Assembly (NCBI GenBank): GCA_000708835.1
Contig: DF237024.1
Span: 62,001 to 126,000, forward strand
Direction of reading: 5' to 3'
Source of the DNA: Klebsormidium nitens
Lineage: Eukaryota > Plantae > Klebsormidiophyceae
Length of the DNA stretch: 64,000 bases
A program made the position numbers and the translations under genes. Of this stretch, positions 28,630 through 41,400 are shown piece after piece. Positions within the stretch are counted from its first letter, which is position 1; each line of letters opens with the position of its first letter. Below the pieces are notes generated by a model. That model saw nothing but the letters and a program-made list of their open reading frames with translations, had not been told where the DNA came from and did not search any database.

Positions 28630-31600
28630 ATGGAACCAATGTCAAAGGACCTAGCAGAGGACGCCAGCTATCAAACCTGCGTCGCACTGGTGCTCAGCGC
28701 CGCTGTATCCAAGTCCTCCAACGAGTAGTTCAGGGGAGTGTCCGAGGAGCTCGATTCGTACGGCGCCGGACTGTCCTCATGGCTTGGGGTTTGCAGGAGA
28801 AACCCTGGCAGAGGGCTCGCCGTCGACGCCGCGGCTCTACTGCGGGTGGTCAACGCGTTTCTTGCGAAATGGTTGCCGGAAAAAGGGGTTAGCGGAGCCC
28901 TGCAGGGGTTGGAGTACGTCCGGGCAGGCACGCGCTTTGTATTGAGCAGGGAGGTTTGGGAGGGATTGGACGCGGGGTTTAGGCGCGACTTCGTCGAAGC
29001 GCAGCAGCCTTTTAAGTGAGCCCTTCATTACACGGCTTCTCTCTTGGTCCTCTAAAACAAGGTTACCTCCTCCTCGAGTTCTCCACTTTCCGAGTCTCGT
29101 CAAAGTCTCGCTGCTTCACGTAATCTCGCAGGTCTAGGGCTCTCCAAAAAGTTTCTCTTATTCAGCTTTACAGTTTCAAGCCACTGAATCCAACAGTTAT
29201 GAGCAAGATAATGAATTTACGATCAGCGAAGGCGTTTGAACGGGCCCTTAAATGCAGTGCTGTAATGACGTACGGCTTACATTTTCACTGATACAAGGAT
29301 CTCGGTTGGACAGTTTTGAGCAATATGACGCGCGCAATTCATCTGATGGATATCAGATGCTTTTAGAAGAGCACCTGAGCCCAAACGAGAGACGCGGAAG
29401 CTCTCTCAGTACTTCCAAAATGAGTTCGCTTCATGCCATCTCAGGAAAATCACCGGTTCAAGAGTGAGGGCCGCACAAAGATACAGCTCGTTGAAGCACT
29501 TGACAGCGCCGGTGCCCTTCATAGACTAAAATGTTCTGATGAGAGTTTTCCCTTCGCAGGAGGGGGCTTGACTCGTGCGTAAACTTGGCCAAAGTTCTGA
29601 CTATCATGATGGTCAATCTGGAGCGGAAGAAGCGGATTTGGCTGGTGGGCGACCAGACTCTTTCCCTTATGGTTTGCTTGTGCTCATCTTTTCTTATTTT
29701 CTTCTTTTTCACACCATACTCAATCAGCTACAAGCATCGAAGTGACAGAAAGCCGAACCATCGGAGTATTTCCGAAGACGAGTGACGTCAATTGCAATTG
29801 TTAACAAGCAAAACGTCTCCGTGATACATTGCTTCTCGGATGTAACACACTCGACTTACAGTTGACTGAACATTCAATGAACCAGCCACATCCGCTCGGC
29901 TGTTCGGTTCTTGGTCTCATCGGTTAATTCAGGTGAAAAGCGTTACCAATTAAGCCTCTGGGTTTCCTTTAAGCTGGTTTCTCAGATTTGTTAAATCTGA
30001 CCTTATCAATCACGTCATGATGACTGTTTTCGCCCCCCCAGAAGGAGAACTCGCTGCCGACGGACGCGCCGCTTTCGGACGCCCTACGGCAGACCCCGCT
30101 CGGACGCGTCCTGGAGAACGGCGGCTACGCGCCGCCCGCGGATTGGCCAACCCTCCTGCAAGGGTTTACGGGAGGCGGCCGCGGCGGCGCGGCGCGCGGC
30201 GCGGCTTCCAAAAAGGTCTGACCTGTTATGATTCCTAGTCGTCCTTCCGTGCCGAGGGCGCGGAACCTGTAAGTACGTGGATCGACCGTTTTGTTTTGCT
30301 TTTGGGCAGCTTACTTAGGACCACAGTTTCTTCAATTAGACCAGCTTGAAGTGTCTCGCTAGTCTACGTCGATCTTGGTCGGTGAGGCATGGTTCTGAAT
30401 GCCCAATGACACAGGAGGCAAAAGACGATTTAAGTTCCCGAACGAGGAAAAATTCGTGCAGAATCCTCTCAATGAAGCTTCTACCTGGTGAGAATCTAGG
30501 AAGCTCAGGATAAATTTAAATGTGGGCTTTGCAGATTGCTGATCGACCGCACCAATAACGTTGCCATCCTCCATCATAAATGGAAAACCCTTCTTCCGCA
30601 AACAACTCTGTTGGGCGTTTGCTTGGCAGAGGGGGCGCGCTCCGCTTCGCGGTCGCGTTACCGAGCGCGCGGTACATGCGCGCGCGCCGCCTCCGTTCCT
30701 AGCGCGGAACCTACGGCGCGCAACCGCGCGCGGCGGCCGCGCTGACGGACACGTAAACAAGAAACGGGCTGGGTTCCGGGTCGCGGCCGCCGGCGCGACC
30801 AAAATCCCTAAACCCCTGCCGCGACTCCGAGGGGTCAGACTCAGAGGCAAGACTGGCAAGCAATCGGTGAGGATGCGGAGCGGCTTGAGCACTCGATACA
30901 TGCAAACATGGCAAAGACCGGTCGCTGAAAATGGTCAACCGTGACGGTGCGATTGAATCGCTTGATTCGCGTTTCACCTCAATATCGAGTAACCTGTTTG
31001 CGAGGTGCAGACGGTTCTCTGCCACCTTTTCTCAACTGCAATTGGCGTCCAGTTCTCTTGAATTCCTCTCTCGTGCATCAAAATTGATTCCAGGCCTCCG
31101 CGTCAAATTCCTCTCCAGTTGACTCTGCCGCGCTCTACTCGATATTGCCAGAATTGAAGTGTGAGAGTTAGCCTGATAGCCACATCTCATTCTTCCGTCA
31201 ATCTTCTCATCCTTACTCCCGGTATTTAATGACGGATGGAATATCGGACCGTCATTTTGCGCTCGCGCCTTATCTTGGCCGGAACGTATTACAAATCGGC
31301 TCGCTTGACCTTGGAGCACGGAATAACTCGACTCCTCCCCAGTGATTGGTCAAACAAGCATGCTGGTTGCAATAAGACCGACCGAACTCATATTTTGGCC
31401 CGGTTCCGGTTATCTCTTAACGGCCCTTCGTTATAGGATAGAATAAGCTGTCACTAGTGATTATCCTTGTTTCAATTCTCTTCAACAGGCGGCTCGCCAA
31501 GGAACTTCTGCGCCTGTCCCAAGCTTCCGCTTCCGCCCACTTAACATGCCCAACGGAATCCTGGCCGACGGAGCGGCTGCCAGCGGCCCGGCGGGTGCGG

Positions 31601-31749
31601 GCGCGGGACCGCCTTCAGAGGGCGACCAACTGCGCGAGGCGGCCGTGTGCGATGTCGCCAAAATGTTCAAGGCAGGCGTTATGGGCATCTTACGAGACGG
31701 CGCCAAAAGGGCTCGGGAAGAGTGCCCAGAAATTTTTAACGTCCTTTAA
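28630..31749 (+). pseudogene. Unknown protein family, copy B, with in-frame TAG at 28726-28728
   Basis: Exons 28630-29015, 29560-29644, 30042-30215, a probable exon from ~30630, and 31489-31749. MEPMSKDLAEDASYQTC..SNE*FRGVSEELDSYG aligns to copy A MEGAKKDLSIDDDYQSC..SKQEFRTLSQELESYG; the TAG stands where copy A has GAG. Confidence 0.65.
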
Positions 31750-31881
31750 GGTGACGGTATCATAGCGAAGAGGACGGTATCATAGGATAGAGTAGCACCG
31801 TACCTGAAATTAGCAGTTCTTTCTCGTTGAGTGGAAATCTAGAGCTGTCAAAAGAGGGTGCTCTCCACGAAGAAGACTTGG

Positions 31882-31910
31882 TTTGTGCGGGTGTTTCGCA
31901 CCCGCACAAA
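31882..31910. repeat. Perfect 12-bp inverted repeat (hairpin)
   Basis: tttgtgcgggtg-tttcg-cacccgcacaaa. Confidence 0.9.
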
Positions 31911-32729
31911 TTATATTGACACGTTCGCTTGGACCACTGTTACGTGCAATCTCTGCGACATAGCAATGGTGGGTGTCATCCGTTCAAAAGGTTCGATTTC
32001 ACTGAGATAAGTAGAACACGAGAAATGGTTCGGCTATCCGTTGAAGCAATGTGGACCACACTCCGACAGGCCATGATTCCTGTCTGAAAGCTTTTACGTT
32101 TCAGCAATTCGAACCCTGCCGAAGATCTCCTCAGATTCGAACCACATCATTGCCCCGAATGGAGACTGGTTTCCGCGCAAAGTTAGCAGTCCGCCGAAGC
32201 TTCTCCTTCAACGAATCGGCATTCTTTTTCACGTCATTTTGACTACTGCCCTAGAGACAGATTGCAGACTAAATAGGGCCATTACCGTTTTCTCCTGATG
32301 ATAGAGTAAAGCCGGCCGTTAACTACAGATCTGGATCACATCGTATGCGACTCCTATTCTTAACCCCATTCGTTTGCGACATCGGATCAGATTCATTGCA
32401 TCATGACCGCTTTATGAGCGCCTTCTTTTATACATGCATGGACGAACTCATGTTTACAAGCAGACTCTTTCAGATCACCCCTGTATCCTGTTTGTTCTTT
32501 TTTCTTAGGTTTCCTCCGTCAATGATCGTTTCGGAATGGATGGCGAAGCTATCCTATCAAACTTGAGCAGAATCTAGCTAGCAGTACGAGTTGCTTCTTG
32601 CAATGTGACCTACGCACTCCGCCAGCTTAACCATTCCTTGTGTACAAATAGCATTCATTTGTTCGTCAAATTCCGCAAACGATAAACTTCTTCGACCGTC
32701 ACCGCTTCTTCTATTTCCACTTCGTCCCC

Positions 32730-35700
32730 CTAAAGTTCCTGTACAAGCATTTTAGCCGCCTGCCCAGTAAACTTCCCCATAATCTTGGCCAATGCAGATG
32801 CTCCCGTCTTCAGATCTTCCTTCGCAAATCTCAAACCCTCCAAATCCTCCTCACCATCTGCGCAAGTCTTCCCGCCCTCCACTCCCTCTTCATCTGCTAA
32901 ACCCATTGACCCCTCGGCACCTTGTGCTTCCGCCGTGCCGCATCCGCGGCCTTCGGTCTCAGAACTTCTTTCCAAACCCTCCGAACCCTCCCCAGCGCCC
33001 GCCCCCGCGTCTCGAGCCTCCGCATCTGGACTTCGTTCGTCCCTCACACCGTCCGTCCTCTCTTCTTGCGCCACGTCATTTCCGTCCGCATTCTGGGCGT
33101 CCGACTTCGATCCGAGCTCCTCTTCGGGTACATCACTCCGGCGCCTGCATTTGTCCCCCGCGTCGCCACCGCCGCGGGAGCCGCTCGCGGCCGCGCTCGT
33201 GGCCGCGTGTCGAGTCTTCTTCCGTCGCACCGCGCGTTCCGCCGTGTCCTCGCCGTTGGCAGCGGAGTCACCGGAAAGGTCGACCACGTGCTGCAAGAAC
33301 CCGTGTGCATTCTCAATCTGCTATTCTTGGATTCTCGATAAGGGTTTCGACGGAAGACGCCAAAAAGATCTCTTGGCTTGACGTTCCGCTACGTGCGCGC
33401 CTTTCAGAGAGTGAGGAAAACGTCGTCAATAGGGTGCCGCATGACGTGAGTCGTCCTGTGAGACCCCCCCTCAGTAAGCGCTCTCAAAGTCGTTTCATGT
33501 GAAACGGTTGATCCGTGCCGTTTGGCGATGAATATTTGGTCTTCAGATTCTCACCTTCCGCTTCTTGCACCCGGTGTTTCTGAAGTGCCCAACGTACGCT
33601 TGCTTGGTCGAGAAGTGGGTCAGACACGTGGAGCAATCGTAGCCGCCGAGGGCCGTGCCAGGCCGAACCGCCCCTTTCCCTTCCTTGTCCGCCTGTGAGC
33701 GAGGAGAGAACGAAAGTTTGATTGCATCAAACGAGACGCTGGGCAATACGGATTCTTGGCTACTTTGCTCGTAGCCAAAGCTGTGTGGCTGTTCGATGGC
33801 CGTATTCACGAACGTCTCAACTTTTAAGTACAAGATGACAGACAAGATTCGGTCGTGGTGGTTTTTCTATCCTATCCAAATCCGGATGATATCTTTGGGA
33901 CTCGTAAGCTCCTGCAGAGTTTCTGCACCGGGGAGAGTCTGCGCCTTTGAGAAAGACAATTCAAGTGGCCAGGACGGTGAAACGATCCAGACACTCAATT
34001 CCAATATCTGATTTCGAGAAGTTTACCGTTAAGCCAATCAGAATCCTGTCATCTCACTCTTGGGAATACCGTCACGGAGAAGAAATTTTCGACACCGTAG
34101 ATGCAGTCGCAAACAAGATTCTGTGCCTCCAATCAACGAGAACGATATCAAGCATTACGGACGAAGCAAAGCAATGATTCAGCTAGTGTGACGAGGCGGC
34201 ACACATCAGCCTTCGACGGCTTCTCGCCCGTCGAATGGGCCGCGAGGATTGCCTCCCACTCCGGCGGGGGACCGTACCCGCCCGGTTCGACCATCTTTCG
34301 GAGCGACTCCAGCCTCTGAAACATAGATGAAGGGTGTCCGACTTTTCAGAATATAGATCTGTTACGCTTTGCAGATTCTTCATTATAACGAGGAGCTGTG
34401 GTGCAGGCCTGAGAGACCCAGATTCAGAGAAGACGAAAAGGTAGTTCATCCTTCTTGCCAGAGTCGGATCTAGATCCGGAAATGTTGTGGGCAGATGCAA
34501 AACGCACAGTTGGTTGCATACATGAACCAGGGTTGAGCTTGGATTTGCGTAACCGTACGCCTGGGCTCGTATGAATGCATTCTATTCCCAGGCTTTACTG
34601 GCGCAATCTTTTCCGAAGACCTTTCGAGGGTCGTCCGTAACCTTTCTGTCAATCTTAACCCTCGCCCGTAACCTTTCTGTCAATTTGACCTTATACGTGA
34701 CCTCCTTTTCAAACATCGCCGGGGGCAATGTTTGGAGACACATATCCCCTTACTGACAACATAGAGCTTCACATACGCCTATCAGAAGCCACATTGTGGC
34801 TGGTCCGCCTACCTGCTTTGCATTGAAATCCAGGTCTTCCTTGCTTTGCAAGAATTGCAGCTCCCTCTCGCGTTCCCGATGGAGTGCCTCCAAGTAAACC
34901 AGCACTTTCACGAGGCCGGTGCACGATTTGTAGCTAAAAGGACTGCAAAGACACACGAAGTGGTACAATTTATCCGTGTGCTTTGATTTAGCTCGAGTGA
35001 CCCACCTTTCTCCGGATCCAGATTTAGTTCTGACATGGCTAAAGCTGAGAAGCTTGTAAGACATGGTCTTTATAAAATCCCCGGTGAGAGAACCCCTCAG
35101 AAGAACTGACGAATCAGCTTAAAGAAGAAAAGAAAGAGAAGAAAGAAAAGAAAAGAAAGAGTTGCTCTTGACCTATATCCTTACAATACCTGGTTCTAAG
35201 GGTCCCAAACTCGAAAGCCCACCGCCACAATACATCATCTTGGGAGGCCCTGCCCATGAACAAACGGATCAATGCAAGCGTTTAATTTGTAAAGAACCGG
35301 TTCTGCAGTCTATTTGAGTGGTGGATTAGCCTTCCATGAGCCGCAACAAACGAGGAATATTTTCGGACCTAGAGTCGATCAGATTCTTCCGCTGTTTCTG
35401 ACTTCTTTTAGGGAGACAAGTCATCAAAAAGCAAAAGCCCACCCAAGCTTCTGCAGCCCATCAGCGAAGTCTGTGGCGAACGGGCTCCCCTGCGCGCGCA
35501 TGTCCTCCGTAAACTCCCTGCTGATCATCACAGAGTGCCTCACGCAGTCCATGCGGAACACTTCCGGGTTTTGCGGGTCGCTCTTCCACCACGCTTTCGC
35601 ACCCTCGTTTACGACGGCCAGAAACGAGTCCGCAAACTTCCTCGTAACAGAAGCGGCGCGCTTTTGCACTGTGATCCAGCTAAACAGCGTTTGCTCCTCC

Positions 35701-35804
35701 TCGGCGAAACCTTCGAATGGAGGCCCTTCGCTCAGATTCGTACCGCGGAGGAGCTCTGCGAAGCGGTCCAGACTGGCGGGGATTTCACACTGGGTTTCCT
35801 CCAT
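32730..35804 (-). CDS. Unknown protein family, copy C (diverged, inverted, apparently intact ~430 aa) with a C2HC/C2H2-like zinc finger and acidic low-complexity C-terminal region
   Basis: Exons 35804-35443, 34933-34813, 34315-34205, 33692-33555, 33290-32730 splice in frame (1293 nt). Shared motifs with A/B: FLAVVNE..W, ISREF..F..DF..LG, SCTGLVKVL, EPGGYGPPPEW..IL. Exon 4 encodes YDCSTCLTHFSTKQAYVGHFRNTGC. Confidence 0.72.
34635..34684. repeat. Short intronic direct repeat, 19 bp, period 31
   Basis: ccgtaacctttctgtcaat at 34635 and 34666. Confidence 0.85.
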
Positions 35805-37327
35805 GGGGGCTGGATCGAGTTGCTTAGAACAGCAGGTTCTTTGGAAGCGAAAGCGCAGGCCGTGACTCTCGATGATAGACCACGCCTTTGACACCCAGAC
35901 CATGGAACGAGGGGCCTTTCGAAGGAGCTGCCTAATACTTCGCTACCGGCCTGCCAAAGCTGCAATGGATAGTGCGCTCGAATTGATTGAAGGCTCTTGA
36001 GGAGGTATCGAGTCATTTGCTATGGGGCTCAACTCCTTGCTTCATCAGAACAGCGCAGCTGGTCCGCCCCTGGAGTCTTCTCTGCGCCACTGCCGTGTGA
36101 AAAGCGAGTCCATTAGCCGCTATCCACTTTTGCTGGAAAGAAAGACAATGCGCCCAGAGCTGTCTTGTCTCAAAGTGGTTTCAGCTGAGCCGAAATGATC
36201 CTTGCAGTAGATTGTTGTCTTCCGTCTCGGAAGCAGGTCCTTCGGTCTTCATCTTGCCGTGTTGCGCGATCATCACTAGAAGCAGCCGCATCCAAGCACA
36301 ATCTCGCCTGCGGCCTGTGTTAGATTGGCTGATTTCACTACTGACGTGCATGTCGCATGCGATGCATGGGCTTTAAAAACCTACGATCGACTTATCAGAA
36401 GTTTCTTCCGTCGCTTTCCGAGCATTGTCGAGTTGGCCGAGTGCTTTGTCGGAATCGGTTGCAAGCTCAGTCGACACATGAAGCAGGGACGCAAATTGTA
36501 GGGGCACCGACAGTTGAACGGCATAACCTCGGACGCACATTGCGACATGCATGCAGGAAATCTGTCCTTCAGAAGCTTTTCTCCTTGTCAACCGAGATTA
36601 AGGCACAAAAGTTGCCATTGTATCCTACTAGCCCTGAGTCGCGGATTTGGTGAATGCCAATCTGCTTTGATACATGTACGTTCGACCTGACATGAAAAAG
36701 ACGCAAGTCCTGAGCCAAGCGCTATCGTCGGAGACATCTAGCTGACCGTCGACGAGTCACATGGATTGCATGAAGTCAACGATCACGATATGCATTTTCA
36801 ATTGTCCCCCGGGGGCCTCACTAGTGATGCAGAATGCGGGAGAAAATGTACGCTGTTTACCTAAGTGCCGATTTGGACTTTGGTGGCTGGAAGTCAGTAG
36901 ATTGCAGAGGTAATCTCATGCAGCCAATCAGATCTCTGTCAGAATTACTCGATTATACGGATAAACAAAACGTTTGAGAAAGCAACCATGTCCCTTACAA
37001 GCATTGCAGGTTATTCACCTTGATCAGAGATTGAAATCATTTTGTCCGATTCTACAATATATGCACAAACGTTTCAATCTACAATTTACCTTCCCGCTCA
37101 AAGTTTAGTACAATCTGCAAGCACATCATGTTCGCTCTTGCCGCTACACATGATCAGTCACTGAAACTCACTTGATGCTTCTTGCTGATCATCTAAGTAA
37201 TCATCCTTGCGCTCATGAAGGTCGAAACCTGGCGCGTCGTTCATCAAATATCCTCATCATGGCTGTAATGTATCACACCTTCTGTCAAACAATGAACGAT
37301 TATCAACTTCCTTGCCCAGACATCTAC

Positions 37328-37676
37328 CTCAGATACCGTGCGCCCGTGAACAGTAGGCAGGCAAGTGCGAGCACACGTGCCCCACCGCCAACTCGCGTGA
37401 GCCCCTCCAAATGCTTTCCGCTCAGGTCCCGAATCGCCGCTCCTACCTCCTTTACCTCGTCCTTCACGGCATCAAGCCCATCTTTCCCCACATCCTTGTA
37501 CTCTTTGCCGGCAAACGCGAGTGCGAGCGCCCCCAAACCCAACCCCGTGCCGAGAGCCACTCCAAGGCCCACCCCGACCCCAATCCACCTCCCTGCAGAC
37601 TTAACAGCCATCGGCAGCGCCGCTCCCGTGTCGATTGCTCCCTCCTCGATGCTCTTAAGCAACTTTTCGTCGATCT
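37328..37676 (-). CDS. Exon of a hypothetical small membrane protein with glycine zipper; flanking exons unresolved
   Basis: Bounded by ttgcag| and |gtagat. Reads EIDEKLLKSIEEG..WIGVGVGLGVALGTGLGLGALALAFAG..DAVKDEVKEVGAAIRDL..ARVLALACLLFTGARYLR with protein-like composition. Confidence 0.55.
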
Positions 37677-38049
37677 CTGCAAGGTAGCAACAGTTGTCAG
37701 TGCTTTGAGAAACAGCGTGTCTGCCTAGTGAATCCCAAGACCCTGCATCGAAAGCAATTGAACCAAAGCAAGGGAGTGAAATGCTTCTCTGAAGTGCCTT
37801 GAGAAGAAAAGTTTCATGGTGCCTGTTCTCAGTGTGCTCTCTCCACGGCCTGACAAGGGAGCTGCTCCCTCGCACTCCTAAAAACTCAACCAATTCATCG
37901 TGTCTTGTCATCAGCTCCGGCGCTTGTTTTGCCGTCTGATAGAAATTCGCGGCGGGTGCAGTTGGGTGCAGTATACTTATGCTGACCGGACTCGGAAGTA
38001 TAAGATACTAAGGCTGCGCCGCACCGCGCCGCGCGGCCCGGGCGCCAAA

Positions 38050-38088
38050 CCCTCAACCCCTGAAACATACCCTCAACCCCTGAAACAT
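38050..38088. repeat. Perfect 19-bp tandem duplication (period 20) containing ATG on the minus strand
   Basis: ccctcaacccctgaaacat twice. Confidence 0.85.
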
Positions 38089-38435
38089 CGACGCTCTCTA
38101 AGCCGTCCGATCGTAAAGAGTGCATGCGACGGCCGGGCGGCCTCCGACGGATCGTGATTCGCGTGATCGCCGGGACTCTGCGAGTCACGTGACACGAGCC
38201 ATCTCACGCTCTAGTTGCTGCAGCAGCCCCTTGAAAGCTGACTCAGCTTCTCTTTGATCAGTCACCAGCTCAGCATTTCCTTTGCCCCTTTGCAGCTGGT
38301 GCAGGAAATTGAATGCTGGTTCCTGCTTCATCCTTCTTTGGTGGCAGGGGACTGCAGGAGCTAGAGCAGGTTAAATTTGTGCTGGATAATCCATTTGTCG
38401 GGCCGGTTTGTGTGAATTAGGGTTTGGGGCGCAGA

Positions 38436-41400
38436 ATGGAGTCTGGCAGGGCGAGCGCTGGCGCAATGGAGGCGGCACTGAACAGGCTCCAGAAGCTGGC
38501 CCTGCACTTGGGCTCTGAAGCCGGCTTCGAAAGCAGCCCGCTCTCTGCAGAGCCGACCGCTGCTCGTCTCTCAGAGAAGCACAGCCAGCTCAGGGTTGAG
38601 AAGCTGCAAGCATTTCTGGCAGGGAGCTACAAGGTGGACAAGGAGCGCATCTATGCCTTCTTCCAGAATCACCCTGAGCTGCAGACGCCTGTGGAGATAT
38701 CGAAAGTAGAGCACAGGGAGCTTGCTTACAAGCAGATGAAAGCCCTGGTGCAGGAAGGGGGCCTCAAGCCCCTGACTCTGCTCATGACTGATCCAGCCAA
38801 GTACTACAACGTTTTTGAGGCAATTGGGACGGTGGATTTGTCCCTGAGCATCAAGATGGGGGTGCAGTACAGCCTGTGGGGGGGAAGCGTGGTGAACCTT
38901 GGGACGCAGAAGCACAAGGACAAGTATGCGGTGGCAATTGAGACCTTGGAGGCCCCCGGGTGCTTTGCAATGACGGAGCTCCATCACGGTCAGTTGCATC
39001 TTTGATTGATTGGTCATCCAAACCCGATATTCATTATGGTTGGATTCATCTTTTGATCAATCAGTCACTTTTCCTCAATTTCCAAACTTCGGATTATTTT
39101 TGCAAGTGACCTCCTTCCTTGAAATCTTGCTGTCTTGTGGTTGAGTATTAGCTTGTTCAGTGTGACAGAGCTTCATTGTTGTCAGCTTCATCCTTGATCA
39201 CGCTGTAGCTATTTTTCAGAGGTTTTTGCAAGGTTGATTTTAAAAAGAGTTGCTGCCTTGTGGCGATCCTTAACTCATCCAAATCAGTGGTTGCTTAAAC
39301 TGGTTCCTATTTTTGCCTTTGAGCCGCAGCTGTTCAATGCTAGTGAATATCCATGTTCCCTTGCTTTTGGCAGATTCAAGTGAAAACAATTGGTGCTGTC
39401 ATTTCATATCCAGGGAAAGTGAAGGTGGCAGCTTACTTACTTGGTGTCAGCATTGCGCTTCATGTGATCGCTGTCGATGACTTTGAATCGCCCCTTCAGT
39501 GCAATCTCTATATAAGCAGACAGCACACACGGGAAGTAAAGGTGGTGCACCATCAAACAACGAGCCTAGCACGAGAGAACATCATACAATTCCCAGAAAG
39601 CCTAAGCTTCATGTTTATGAAGTCATCACCACTTCGCTCTCCACTGACACGAATTGTTCTTGATATTGCTACCTCTCACGACAGCTTTTTTGCGCTTGAT
39701 TGTTAGTCAGTCAACCTTCAGAGGCAGGCCTCACCTTTCACATGCCCCTGACCCCTGGTGCACTCGAGACACGTCTGTGCCACCACTCATCCATGTTTAA
39801 GATGACCAAATTTTTCCCCTGCAATCTCACACAATCAGGGTGCACAGAAGACACTCATCTGCAGAACTCCGCCGTTTCTTCCTATAACCTCTCTTTGCGC
39901 TTAACCTGCTCTTGATTTGCACATAAGTGCCCGCCCAACCTGCGCTCAACTTGCTCTTAACCTGCACTTGTCCTGCGCTTAACCTGTGTCTGCTAAAGCT
40001 GCAGGGTCCAACGTCCAGGGCGTCCAAACGACCGCCACCTACGACATTGCTCGCCAAGAGTTCGTCATCAACACGCCCAACGAGGGCGCCACAAAATGGT
40101 GGATTGGCAACGCGGCCTGCCACGGGAAATTCGCCACCGTCTTTGCCAGGCTGAAGCTCCCCTCCGCAAAGAGTCACATTGACGAAGACATGGGAGTGCA
40201 CGCGTTCATTGTGCCGATCAGAAGCTTGGAGGATCACAAAGTGCTGCCTGGGGTGGAGATCAGGGACTGCGGCTACAAGGTCGGGCTGAACGGAGTGGAC
40301 AATGGCGCGCTGCGGTTCCGGAACGTGCGGATACCGCGGGAGAATCTTTTGAACAGGTGTGTGGCTGGGGTGATTTGAGGTTGTCTGTAGCTTTCCTGGG
40401 GTGGTTTTTGAATGATCCCTTGGTCAGGACTGCTCTGAAAGGACAACCCTCAGTTAAGTGAAAAGGTGAACCATTTATCGACTGTGATTAGGTTGTCTGA
40501 AAGTTGGAGGAAGAGGACTGAGCGAAGCAATATGGACCACGTTTGCGCATCAAGGTCTCCAAACGTTGTCTAACTAATGATTTGGATTTTAAGCCCAAGT
40601 TTTTACAGAGTACTCTAGTTTTTTCCGAGAGCGGAAGCACTTTATTGTTCTGAATTTTCCTGCGAACTTTGTAAAAGCAGTCTGATGTTTTCAGGATTTG
40701 CTAACTCACTTCGGTCCACAAGCAATCTCAGCAGCACTGCCTGGGCTTCGAGAGACACCTCGAGTGTGTACAAGGGCTTGCCAAGTTCGCGACTTTGGTA
40801 CGAGTTGACAATACTCCACAAGACCACCCCGCTTATTCAGAGCTGCTGATAACGAGAGAGCAACTTTTCTTTGCTTGCAGATTCGGTGATGTTGCTCCTG
40901 ACGGGACCTACTCGAGCCCCCTCCCTTCGGCCAGCAAGAGATTCGCTGCCACCCTCGGTGAACTGGTGAGTATCTCACACCACCTTTCCAGGTTTCTAAG
41001 CAATACGTGCTGGTTTTCATTCAAGCCACTTTGAAAACACACGGTTGATCAGTCAGCAAAACGCGCATCGTAGAAGGCACGTCCTAACGCGACTTCGCTT
41101 TCTTGCTGTGATGCTGTCCGTCATCAGAAGCCTTTCCTTGTTACTGCCAACATATTCTTATCGTTGCATGCTTCAAGTAGTAAGGGACAGAGCACTTCGT
41201 CTCGCATGTCATTGAAAACAATGGAGAAGAGCATCCCTTGGCCATATCCCATCTGTATGTTGGACCAATTCGAACAAGCAATCTTGCAGGTGGGTGGACG
41301 TGTCGGCCTGGCCTACGGGTCTGTTGCTGTTTTGAAAGCCGCCTCCACAATCGCCATTCGCTATTCGTCCGTTCGACAACAATTTGGGCCACCTGGAGAG

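Noticed and set aside
32785-33502. Long plus-strand Ser/Pro-rich ORFs (198, 236 aa)
   Set aside because: Antisense to the acidic last exon of copy C; typical shadow ORFs.
35120-35165. Purine-rich A/G tract
   Set aside because: Reads as a pyrimidine tract on the minus strand inside an intron of copy C; ordinary.
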